Assembly (NCBI GenBank): GCA_017560145.1
Contig: JAFYON010000024.1
Span: 1-38,143 of the forward strand
Direction: 5' to 3'
Source of the DNA: Clostridia bacterium
GTDB taxonomy: Bacteria; Bacillota; Clostridia; Oscillospirales; CAG-382
DNA: 38,143 nucleotides
A program made the translations under genes and the position numbers. A model generated the notes under the pieces. It searched no databases and was not told the origin of the DNA. It saw only the letters and a list, made by a program, of their open reading frames with translations. Below, piece after piece: positions 10,140 through 18,881 of the stretch; within the stretch, counting starts at the first letter, position 1, and each line of letters opens with the position of its first letter.

Positions 10140-10457
10140 TTAAGATTCTTTTTTGATATCGTATTTTCCGTTGCTTATATTTTCCTGCTCGCTTACCGAA
10201 ATAAACGCGAAAATATAGGACGAAAGAAGAATGCCAAGGTAAAAAAGCACGTATTTAAAAATCATATTTGCCGAAAATGACGAAAGTCCGCGCTCGATCA
10301 TCAGCGCAAAAAGAATCAACGCGATCATCAAAAGAACCGTCTTGAATAAATATAAGAACCGCATTCTCTTTTTGATAGTCAAAACGATCCACGCGACAAA
10401 ACAAACCAGGTTTACACCCGGTATGAATCTTAACACACGCTGAAGCTTAATAGACAT
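10140..10457 (-). CDS. Small hypothetical membrane protein (about 3 TM)
   Basis: 105 aa with three hydrophobic stretches, RBS GAGGTG, and an upstream TTGACT-17-TAAAGT promoter (10543-10571). Confidence 0.7.
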   Translation of the reverse strand: MSIKLQRVLRFIPGVNLVCFVAWIVLTIKKRMRFLYLFKTVLLMIALILFALMIERGLSSFSANMIFKYVLFYLGILLSSYIFAFISVSEQENISNGKYDIKKES

Positions 10458-10623
10458 TTCGTCACCTCAAAGATATAAATAAGAGGATATCGCGCGGAAC
10501 GTAAAGCTGTTAAAAAAATATTAAAAGAAAATTGCTATTATTACTTTAACATATTAAAAATTTTAAGTCAAGCCATTTTCGACAAGGGCAAGCAGAAAAA
10601 ATTAAACTATTTTCAAAAAACTG

Positions 10624-10652
10624 TTGCAAAAGATTTTTATTCGTGTTATAAT
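10624..10652 (+). promoter_or_regulatory. Sigma-A promoter for tRNA-Ser
   Basis: TTGCAA, 17 nt, TATAAT with an extended -10 TG. Confidence 0.8.
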
Positions 10653-10774
10653 ATGCCTCGCGATGTTTGCAGATTGCGAACAATTATAAGTTTCGGATAC
10701 CGCAAACCGGACATAACGGGGCGCCCCGATACTAAAGCACACAAAAAACGAAATGACACATATATTTAATATAC

Positions 10775-10863
10775 GCAGAGGTATCGAAGCGGTCATAACG
10801 GGGCTGACTCGAAATCAGTTTGTGGGAAACCACACGAGGGTTCGAATCCCTCCCTCTGCGCCA
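10775..10863 (+). tRNA. tRNA-Ser(CGA)
   Basis: Acceptor GCAGAGG/CCTCTGC, discriminator G, encoded CCA, anticodon arm GCTGA-CTCGAAA-TCAGT, long variable arm (GTGGGAAACCAC), T arm GAGGG-TTCGAAT-CCCTC. Confidence 0.96.
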
Positions 10864-10866
10864 AAA
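10808..10866 (+). repeat. att site, tRNA-proximal copy of the 59-bp direct repeat
   Basis: CTCGAAATCAGTTTGTGGGAAACCACACGAGGGTTCGAATCCCTCCCTCTGCGCCAAAA matches 20731-20789 with one mismatch (A10817 vs G20740). Confidence 0.93.
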
Positions 10867-10900
10867 ACCCTTGAAAACACTACGTTTTCAAGGGTTTTTT
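10863..10900 (+). terminator. Element-supplied terminator for the tRNA
   Basis: AAAAACCCTTGAAAAC-actac-GTTTTCAAGGGTTTTTT hairpin with a T tract. Confidence 0.85.
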
Positions 10901-10949
10901 CTTTTTATTTCGGTCATGAACGATAGTTTTTTGACACATCAAAAATCAA

Positions 10950-11196
10950 TTCTAAAATTAGAACCTCACATCCGAAACCCCTTGCGGCACAAGCGATTTC
11001 GGTTTTTTTAATTAAGCAATCATGCCAAATCTATTAGAACTTCACCTAATTCAAAAAATTTTATTATTCGGTCATAACTCAATCTCCAAAAAACATATCG
11101 TTACTTTGGAAGTTCTAACAGCGAAAACCCTTGAAATCTCTGACTTTTTCGGAATTTAAGTTCTAATAAAATCAGCAATTCTAACAACATTTCTAA
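10950..11196. repeat. TTCTAA/TTAGAA repeat cluster (candidate integrase arm-type sites)
   Basis: TTCTAA at 10950, 11113, 11161, 11179 and 11191; TTAGAAC[C/T]TCAC at 10958 and 11034. Confidence 0.6.
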
Positions 11197-11756
11197 TCTG
11201 ATTTTTCTTCATTTGTGGTCTTCAAAAACTCACCCGCAAGCTTTCTAAACTCAGGAGTGATTTGAACCCTTGATAACATTTCCTTCGAAGAACAAAACTC
11301 TATAAAGCTCATCTTAACCAACACAAACCGTCGACCCATCTTTATGTATTGTATTTTTCCTTTATTACATAACTCACTCAATCGTTGTCGAGGCAAACCG
11401 GTCAATTCTGACACTCTGCGTATATATAAGGCATCAGGTTCATTCTTCCATCTATCAGTTAGAAATTCTCTGAATTTTATAATGTTAGCGTCTGACGGCT
11501 CTATTGACACCTTTGGCGGTATCCTGCCGAATTTACCTTTTAACGCAAGCGTTATATCGGTTTGTTCTAAAAGCTTCTTTAGTTTTCGCGCATGCTTCTT
11601 TTCGATTTTGTATCTATGTGTTTTCTTACCCGTGTCTATCGCAGGTATATATCTGTTTTCTAATAGGTATCTCATCTTTTTCTTTGAAACATGCAGATAT
11701 TTTGCCAATTCCTCGCCGCTAAAATATGCTTTATTTGTTTTTCTTTTTTTCTTCAT
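11193..11756 (-). CDS. Tandem helix-turn-helix (excisionase/MerR-like) DNA-binding protein
   Basis: Two winged-HTH-like units (FSGEELAKYLHVSKKKMRYLLENRYIPAI; LYIRRVSELTGLPRQRLSELCNKGKIQYIKMGRRF). Very basic. ATGA overlap with the integrase stop. Confidence 0.75.
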   Translation of the reverse strand: MKKKRKTNKAYFSGEELAKYLHVSKKKMRYLLENRYIPAIDTGKKTHRYKIEKKHARKLKKLLEQTDITLALKGKFGRIPPKVSIEPSDANIIKFREFLTDRWKNEPDALYIRRVSELTGLPRQRLSELCNKGKIQYIKMGRRFVLVKMSFIEFCSSKEMLSRVQITPEFRKLAGEFLKTTNEEKSD

Positions 11757-12298
11757 ATCTTTCCCTCGAAAACAGCAGTAATTACATCACTAACATTTTT
11801 TATACTTTTCATGTCAAGATGCGAATAAATATTCGCCGTGGTTGATATATCCGAATGTCCAAGAAAATTAGATACGTTTATTAAAGGCACCTGATTATTT
11901 ATAAGTATGCTCGCAAAGGTATGGCGCAAATCGTGAAAACGAATATGTCGCATTCCGTGCTTTTTCAATAGCGTGGCAAAATGACCTGTTACGTAGGATG
12001 GTTTTAAGAGCTCGCCTAATTGATTTACACATACGTAATCCTTAAAGTCTGTCGAATATCCGCTTTTGAACATAGCACGATATAAATCCTGCTTTTCTTT
12101 TTCGTTCTTCAACATATCGATTACCATAGGCGGCATATAGAGTTTTCTTCTGCTGGATTCGGTTTTCATTTCTTCAACAGCAGATAAAGCCTTTTTGCCT
12201 TGTTCATCAAATTCGGCAATTTTAGTGTCCAAGATAATTGAGTTATCTTCCCAATTAATCCTCGACCACCTCACACCTAACACCTCGCTTCTTCTTAA
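11753..12298 (-). pseudogene. 5'-truncated tyrosine recombinase/integrase (catalytic half only)
   Basis: Frame reads LRRSEVLGVRW...K...HIRFHDLRHTFAS...LGHSDISTTANIYSH. An in-frame TAA lies five codons upstream of LRRSE, and no N-terminal binding domains are present. Confidence 0.88.
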
Positions 12299-12328
12299 CG
12301 AATTACGAAGTTAGTATACAACATTTCG

Positions 12329-12368
12329 AAGGCCCAAACTTCCCCAAGGGGTGAGTTTGGGCCTTTTT
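12329..12368 (+). terminator. Orphan intrinsic terminator next to the integrase truncation point
   Basis: AAGGCCCAAACT...AGTTTGGGCCTT 12-bp stem followed by Ts, with no plus-strand gene upstream. Confidence 0.7.
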
Positions 12369-12667
12369 ACATTGTCGAATAAGCGGAGAGTAGAAAACAA
12401 AAGAAACCGCGCAAAAACGCAATAAACAAGTCGCGCATACAACACCTTAATGTAAAAAATAAGCAATATTTCCAAAAAAGTTTTAAAAGATTAATAGACA
12501 AACCGGCAAGTAACGACATGTATATAATGAAAGGTCAAAAATGTCAAAATATGCTTGAAAAACGAAAAAACAAAAATTCGACAACTAAAAGGAGGGGTGT
12601 AAAAAATATGCGGTAAAATTAAAAAGTTTTTTGAGATTTGAAGAAACAACAACGGAGGAAATTTACA

Positions 12668-15600
12668 ATGAAAAGAATCAAAACAACTCTCTCTTTTATT
12701 CTTAGCTTCGTGATGCTTCTTTGTTTCTTGCCTAATTCGGTTTTGGCGCAGATTGGAGAAGTGTTCACAAGCGAGGAAAACGGCGCTTTAACCGAATTGC
12801 CCGGTTCGGATACCGAGGTATACGTGCTCGGTGAAGTGACCGAAAACCGTACCGAAACCTCAAAGACCTTCCGTATGTCCGACGGCAGCTATGTTGCCGC
12901 AGATTACGGCAAACCTATTCACTTCGAAGACGAAAATGGTATATGGCAGGATTATGACAACACACTTGCCTTTACAGATACAGTTGCCTATGACACAGAT
13001 GATTTCGCCGGATTTATAAATACGGATTCGTATATATCCGTTAAGCTTGCGAATAATTCGAACGCGAACAATCTGTTAAAGATACAAAAAGATGATTACA
13101 AAATAAGCCTTCACCTTGTCGGAGCAAACAAGAGCAAAGCACTGGAGTTGCATCGCAATCAAGCCGAACCGACAAGCAGGGATATCGATTCGGTATCTGA
13201 ATTGACTCATTTTTCTTCCGGTGCAATATACAGAGATATTCTTCCCGATACCGACCTGGAGTATATTATCTACGGCAATTCGGTAAAGGAAAATATTATC
13301 GTCAAGGAAAAGGGCGATTCCTATGTATATAACTTCGAATTGAAGCTGAACGGACTTGTTCCCGCGCTTCGAAGCGACGGTTCCATCGCCCTGAACGATG
13401 AAGACACCGAAAAAACCGTGCTCGTAATCCCTAAGGGATATATGTACGATGCAAACGGTGAACGCTCCACCGATGTGAATTATTCAATCGTTTTCAAGAA
13501 CGGAAACAAATACACACTTACCGTTACCGCAGACGCAGAATGGATAAACGCCGATGAAAGAGCCTTTCCCGTTACGGTAGACCCGACGGTTAAAGGCTTT
13601 GAAAACGGAGCAGATACCGTTGACGCACCCATTTTCGAGGCTGACCCCACGTATAACGGATACGTCGACCACAGAACGTATGCAGGAATCGATTCGGATT
13701 ACGAACGCCAAACGCTTATTATGGCGGAAAGCCTTCCTGTGTTGCCGAAATCTGCGGTGATACTTAACGCCGTTTTGAATATAAAGCAGGAAAGCGTAAC
13801 CAACGGCGGTGCAACCGTTGCCGCAAGGAAAATCACAAGCACTTGGAGCTCATCGACTGTTAATTGGAACAACAAGCCGACGAGTGATACCGAAATACTT
13901 GACTACAAAACGCTTACCTCGGTTGAAAACGGAACTATCGTAAGCTGGGACGTAACGCGTGCGGCACAAGGCTGGTATTCGGGCAGTGTTAACTACGGCA
14001 TTCTTCTTTCCGCATACGACGACACCTTGACGGGATACGTAAGATTCTATTCGTCTGACTCGTCAAACAAGCCCGTGCTTCTCATTACCTATATGGACAC
14101 CAAGGGTATTGAAGGAATTTGGACCTATTCGACACAAGGCGGAGGAAGTGCCGGAACGGGATACGTGAACGGATTTAACGGCAATCTCGTGCTCGCACAC
14201 GGCGATATAACGACAAAGGGAGGAATACTTCCCATATCCGTTAGCCACGTATATAACAGTTTCCTTTCGGGAATGGAATTCACGTCAAACGGTTCCGATG
14301 TCAACGCGCCCATAACCGCATCGTACACAAATATGAAAATGGGCAAGGGCTTCAAGCTCAGTCTGCAAGAGACGCTCGTAAGCAAAGATATTGACGGAAC
14401 AGACTATTTCGTGTATAATGACGGTGACGGAACCGAGCATTATTATTACTTGGACGAAACGTTGAACAAATATATTGCCGAATCGGGCAATGGATTTGAA
14501 TTAACGGTCGGATCGAACGGAAACACGAAATACACAATAACCGACGAGCTCGGCAACAAAAAGTATTTTAATACCAACGGTTACGTTACAAGGATATTGG
14601 ACGTCCACGGCAATAAAAAGGAATTTGTATATAACTCCTCGAACCAACTCACGTCAGTTACCTCAACGACCAACGGTCAAACTACCGAAACACAATTAAC
14701 CCTTACCTATAACGCAAATGGCGCACTTTCGCGCATAACCGACGGATACGATACGAATAAATATATAGCATACTATTATTCAAGCGCCGTATCGGGCTCG
14801 TATTCGGCCGGATATTCGGGCTATCTTCGCAAGATTGAATATTTCAACGACGGTCAATCGCTCGGCTACAGCTTGTATAATTACAACGCCAACGGCTTGC
14901 TGACCGATACCTATGACAGCGTAACAGGATATAAGCTTAACTATACCTATACCGCTTATAACGGCAACCAAAGAGTTGCATCGGTAACCGAATCGGTAAA
15001 CGACACCAACGGTCAAACTGTCGGCTTTGAGTATGGCGATAAAACCTTCACCGTCCGCACAAGCGGCAAAGACGACGCATACGGCACAAGCGACGACCTT
15101 TTGACGACTTACGTGTTCGACGACCACGGCAAGGCAACAAGCGCTTACAGCACAGACATTCAGGGCAACGAGGTGTTCGGCGCTTCTTATGCCGAGTTTT
15201 ACCCAACCGACCCCGGCAATGAGAAAAACAACAAAATTAAAACAAGTGCCGTAAAAGGCATTACACATCAAAACTATTTCGTTGACGGCAATCTGGAAAC
15301 CGCATCGGGCTGGTCGAAGGATACGCTTAACGGCGGAAGCGCAACGTATACAAGCGAAAGCACCCTGTTCGGCAACAAGGCGATGAAGCTTGCCACAACT
15401 GATGCCGAAGGACATGCGATGTACTTTCGCTTCTTCAACATCCCCGAACCGGGCACCTACACCCTTTCGGCGTACGTCAAAACCGTTAACGTAACAGGCG
15501 ACGGCGGCTTGTCGGTCAACCTCGACGGCACCTCGAGCGAAACCTTAAGAGGCACGACCAACACGGCGATAAACAACGGCTGGCGCAGAATAAGCATAAC

Positions 15601-18600
15601 AAAAATGTTTGCATCCGCAGGCAGCTATAGCGTCGACGCCCGCTTGGAAGATGCAAGCGGTACCGCTTATATCGATTGCATCCAGCTCGAAAAGAGCGAA
15701 ACCCCTTCGGACTTCAACTTTGTCGATAACGGCGGCTTTGAGGCTATACGTAAATGGTCGGGAAGCTATACGCTCGTAAGCGGTAAAATAGGCTCCTACG
15801 GCGCAAAGCTTAATGGCAACCCCACTGCGCAAAACCGTTTAAGCCAGACAATACCCGTTAACGCTCCGCTTAATACGACGTTTATGCTCTCGGGCTGGGC
15901 AAAGGCAAACTCGGTCGACGTTTCGAAAGATGACCGAAAATTCGGCTTGCTCGCAACCCTTAATTATTCCGACGGCACGTCGAACGAGCAATACGTGTCC
16001 TTCAACGCGGATAACGTTAATTGGCAGTATGCAACGCTCGCAATCGTACCCAACCCCGATAATACTGCCGCAACGGTCGACAGTATAACTATTTCTGTCT
16101 GCTACGATCACAACGCAAATACCGCAATCTTTGACGATATCGCCCTTACTGTCGAGCCTTCGCAAACCTACGTCTATGACGACGAGGGCAATATTGAATC
16201 CGCCAAGGATGCAGAAGGCAACGAAAGTCTTCTCGAATACGTCAACGACGTTGACCTCGAAAGCTATACCGCACCCACCAACGAAAAATACGATTATTCC
16301 TACGTTGACGGTACCCACGATGTAAAGAGTGTAACAAGAACCTCAGGCGATATAACTCAAACGCTCGATTACGGCTATGATAGCTTCGGTCACGTTACCT
16401 CAACCGTTCTTTCGGCTTCCGGCACGAACGATAAAATAACCTCGTCGGCGACCTATACCGAAGACGGCAACTATCTCGCGTCCTCGACCAACCAGCTCGG
16501 CAAGGTAACGAATTATAACTACGATACCGTTACCAAACTGTTAAAATACGTCGAAAACGCAAATTCGGTAAGAACAGCGTATGTTTACGATGAATTTGAA
16601 CACACCGAAAAGGTATATCTCGATTCCGATGAGGATGGCATTGCCGATACAGCAGAAGCTCAGGTATCCTACCTCTACGCAAGCGGACGTCTTTCGGGTA
16701 TCGATACCAAAACGACCGATTATTCCCTTACCTACGATGCTTTCGGCAATATTCTTACAATAAAAGCAGGAAATAACACGCTTGCAACGTATGAATATGC
16801 CGCAAACAACGGTAAGCTATTAAAGCTCACCTACGGTAACGGCGATTACGAGGAATATATCTACGATTCACTCGACCGCCTTGTCAGTGTGAAGTTCAAC
16901 GGCACCGTTGAATATACTTTAATATACGATGCAAACGGCAGATTGTATTCAATGACCGAGGGAACAACCACCCACGTATATGAATACGATTCGCTTGACC
17001 GTTTGATTAGAGCATACCAAAAGGACGAAAACGGCATTATTGTCGCGGTTGAGAATACCTATGACGAGCTCGGTCGCGCAAAGGGTTCGTCTTACGCAAT
17101 TGGCGATAAAACGATGGAATATTCGGTAACTTACAAGACCGATTCAAACCTTGTTTCTTCGCTTAGTATGCCCGATGCAAGCGAAGGTTCGCAAATGTCT
17201 TGCATAGATTATACCTACGATAACTTCGACCGTTTGACCGAAAAGGTAATCTCTATGTCCTCGATGGTCGATTTGTCCGAGGAATATTCGTATTATAACT
17301 ATACGGGCGCAGACGGAAAAAGGCATACAACCTCACTTGTATCGTCAATTGCACTCAGAAGCACCAACGATAGCGGATATAACGTCTTATATACTTACAC
17401 ATACGATAACTTGGGCAATATAACCGACGTTTGTATAGAAGGCATCCCTATAGAGCATTACGAGTATGATGCTCTCGGTCAGTTGATTCGTGCGGATAGT
17501 TTAGAAGCAAACAGCACTGTATTATACCAATACGACAAAGCGGGTAATATTCGTTATACGTCTGTAATGCCGTATACGTCGGCACCGTCGGCAAATATAG
17601 CGTTTGCCGAAGGCTCGATATTGTCCTATGGTTATTCCACTTCCTCTTGGGGCGATTTGCTTACGTCCTATGGCGGAACGTCTATTTCCTACGACGCAAT
17701 AGGTAATCCGACCAATTGGATGAATGCAAACAACCTTACTTGGGAAGCAAGAGAGCTTCAGTCCCTAAGCGTAACCGGCGGTCCTTCCGTTTCGTTTGAG
17801 TATAATTTCGACGGTATTCGCACCAAAAAGACCGTTGGCGGTTCTGTAATCCATAACTATACTCTTGACGGCACGAAGATAATAAGAGAAACGGTTACAA
17901 ACAACGGTGCTGCTTTCTATGATTTCTATTACCTCTATGATGAATCCGGTTCGGTAATTGGCTTTATCTATAACAATAACTACTACTATTACCAAAAGAA
18001 CCTACAAGGTGACGTAATACGAATCCTTAATTATAGTGGTAATGTCGTTGTTGAATACACCTTCGATGCTTGGGGTAAGGTTCTTTCGGTTAGCGGTTCT
18101 CTTGCAAGCACGATAGGACAATACAACCCGTTCAGATATAGGTCGTATTACTACGATACCGAAACAGGATTCTATTACCTGCAAAGCAGATATTACGACC
18201 CCGTTGTAGGACGATTTCTCAATGCGGACCACCCCGAATTAGTCGGAGCAAACGGAGGAATACAAGGATATAACTTATTTGCATATTGTAATAATAATCC
18301 TGCAAATTGCGAAGATTCTCTTGGCGGTTTTTTAGAATGGATAAAAAATAAGATAAAATCTTATGTGAAAAATGTTGCCAAACCAGCATTAGATATGCTA
18401 CAAGAAAATCTTAAGAACAAAGAATTCACATATTCTAGCGGTGTAAATTTGAGTGGTTCTCCAAGCGTATCCAGCTTCAATTGCCAAATTGGCTTTGCTA
18501 TGGATTCGAATGGAGATGTAGCTGTTCAAACTACATTTGGCGGCGGATTCACCACGGGCTCTCCAGGAGCGTCCATTACAGCGTATCAAACGGTTACTAA

Positions 18601-18880
18601 TGCGCCAAATATTGATAAACTAAATGGCGGCAGTTATCAAATTGGTGGTTCGGCTGGGGCTATAATATATGGTGTTCCTGTTTCAGCGGGTGGCGATTTG
18701 AATATTATTCCTGACAAAGACTTGGATAACACATATTATGGTGTTACAACAAATGTTGGTTTTGGAACTCCAGGTGCTGAATTTCATGTTGAATGGAGTG
18801 AAACAACAACTCAGAACCATACGCGTTTCAATGTATTTGAAGCGGCCAAACGTGTTTATTCATGGATTATGGAGTGGTAA
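12668..18880 (+). CDS. Secreted WapA-like RHS/YD-repeat polymorphic toxin with DNRLRE-like and two CBM4/9-like domains
   Basis: RBS GGAGG at 12654 and signal peptide MKRIKTTLSFILSFVMLLCFLPNSVLA. DNRLRE-like domain at about 13610-14095 (..WNNKP..WDVT..NYGILL..FYSSD..KPVLLITY). Two N.V.NG.[LF]E...W...[ID]D domains at about 15270-16160. Many YxYD repeats. RHS core YNPFRYRSYYYDTETGFYYLQSRYYDPVVGRFLNAD...NLFAYCNNNPANCEDSLG, then a 184-aa variable tip. Confidence 0.93.
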   Translation: MKRIKTTLSFILSFVMLLCFLPNSVLAQIGEVFTSEENGALTELPGSDTEVYVLGEVTENRTETSKTFRMSDGSYVAADYGKPIHFEDENGIWQDYDNTLAFTDTVAYDTDDFAGFINTDSYISVKLANNSNANNLLKIQKDDYKISLHLVGANKSKALELHRNQAEPTSRDIDSVSELTHFSSGAIYRDILPDTDLEYIIYGNSVKENIIVKEKGDSYVYNFELKLNGLVPALRSDGSIALNDEDTEKTVLVIPKGYMYDANGERSTDVNYSIVFKNGNKYTLTVTADAEWINADERAFPVTVDPTVKGFENGADTVDAPIFEADPTYNGYVDHRTYAGIDSDYERQTLIMAESLPVLPKSAVILNAVLNIKQESVTNGGATVAARKITSTWSSSTVNWNNKPTSDTEILDYKTLTSVENGTIVSWDVTRAAQGWYSGSVNYGILLSAYDDTLTGYVRFYSSDSSNKPVLLITYMDTKGIEGIWTYSTQGGGSAGTGYVNGFNGNLVLAHGDITTKGGILPISVSHVYNSFLSGMEFTSNGSDVNAPITASYTNMKMGKGFKLSLQETLVSKDIDGTDYFVYNDGDGTEHYYYLDETLNKYIAESGNGFELTVGSNGNTKYTITDELGNKKYFNTNGYVTRILDVHGNKKEFVYNSSNQLTSVTSTTNGQTTETQLTLTYNANGALSRITDGYDTNKYIAYYYSSAVSGSYSAGYSGYLRKIEYFNDGQSLGYSLYNYNANGLLTDTYDSVTGYKLNYTYTAYNGNQRVASVTESVNDTNGQTVGFEYGDKTFTVRTSGKDDAYGTSDDLLTTYVFDDHGKATSAYSTDIQGNEVFGASYAEFYPTDPGNEKNNKIKTSAVKGITHQNYFVDGNLETASGWSKDTLNGGSATYTSESTLFGNKAMKLATTDAEGHAMYFRFFNIPEPGTYTLSAYVKTVNVTGDGGLSVNLDGTSSETLRGTTNTAINNGWRRISITKMFASAGSYSVDARLEDASGTAYIDCIQLEKSETPSDFNFVDNGGFEAIRKWSGSYTLVSGKIGSYGAKLNGNPTAQNRLSQTIPVNAPLNTTFMLSGWAKANSVDVSKDDRKFGLLATLNYSDGTSNEQYVSFNADNVNWQYATLAIVPNPDNTAATVDSITISVCYDHNANTAIFDDIALTVEPSQTYVYDDEGNIESAKDAEGNESLLEYVNDVDLESYTAPTNEKYDYSYVDGTHDVKSVTRTSGDITQTLDYGYDSFGHVTSTVLSASGTNDKITSSATYTEDGNYLASSTNQLGKVTNYNYDTVTKLLKYVENANSVRTAYVYDEFEHTEKVYLDSDEDGIADTAEAQVSYLYASGRLSGIDTKTTDYSLTYDAFGNILTIKAGNNTLATYEYAANNGKLLKLTYGNGDYEEYIYDSLDRLVSVKFNGTVEYTLIYDANGRLYSMTEGTTTHVYEYDSLDRLIRAYQKDENGIIVAVENTYDELGRAKGSSYAIGDKTMEYSVTYKTDSNLVSSLSMPDASEGSQMSCIDYTYDNFDRLTEKVISMSSMVDLSEEYSYYNYTGADGKRHTTSLVSSIALRSTNDSGYNVLYTYTYDNLGNITDVCIEGIPIEHYEYDALGQLIRADSLEANSTVLYQYDKAGNIRYTSVMPYTSAPSANIAFAEGSILSYGYSTSSWGDLLTSYGGTSISYDAIGNPTNWMNANNLTWEARELQSLSVTGGPSVSFEYNFDGIRTKKTVGGSVIHNYTLDGTKIIRETVTNNGAAFYDFYYLYDESGSVIGFIYNNNYYYYQKNLQGDVIRILNYSGNVVVEYTFDAWGKVLSVSGSLASTIGQYNPFRYRSYYYDTETGFYYLQSRYYDPVVGRFLNADHPELVGANGGIQGYNLFAYCNNNPANCEDSLGGFLEWIKNKIKSYVKNVAKPALDMLQENLKNKEFTYSSGVNLSGSPSVSSFNCQIGFAMDSNGDVAVQTTFGGGFTTGSPGASITAYQTVTNAPNIDKLNGGSYQIGGSAGAIIYGVPVSAGGDLNIIPDKDLDNTYYGVTTNVGFGTPGAEFHVEWSETTTQNHTRFNVFEAAKRVYSWIMEW

Positions 18881-18881
18881 T

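Noticed and set aside
10820-11011. Short ORFs sharing WETTRGFESLPLRQ (also 20650-20865)
   Set aside because: They are translations of the tRNA/att repeat, not paralogous proteins.
12590-12616. AGGAGG followed by ATG-CGG-TAA micro-ORF upstream of RHS
   Set aside because: Only two codons, long RBS spacing and no supporting structure; cannot be distinguished from chance.
10864-12667. CRISPR array or prophage in the island
   Set aside because: No regularly spaced 25-45-bp repeats with spacers and no phage structural genes were seen here or elsewhere in the window.
18738-18881. Longer start for the immunity candidate
   Set aside because: It overlaps the RHS tip out of frame. ATG 18882 has an RBS and begins a signal peptide.
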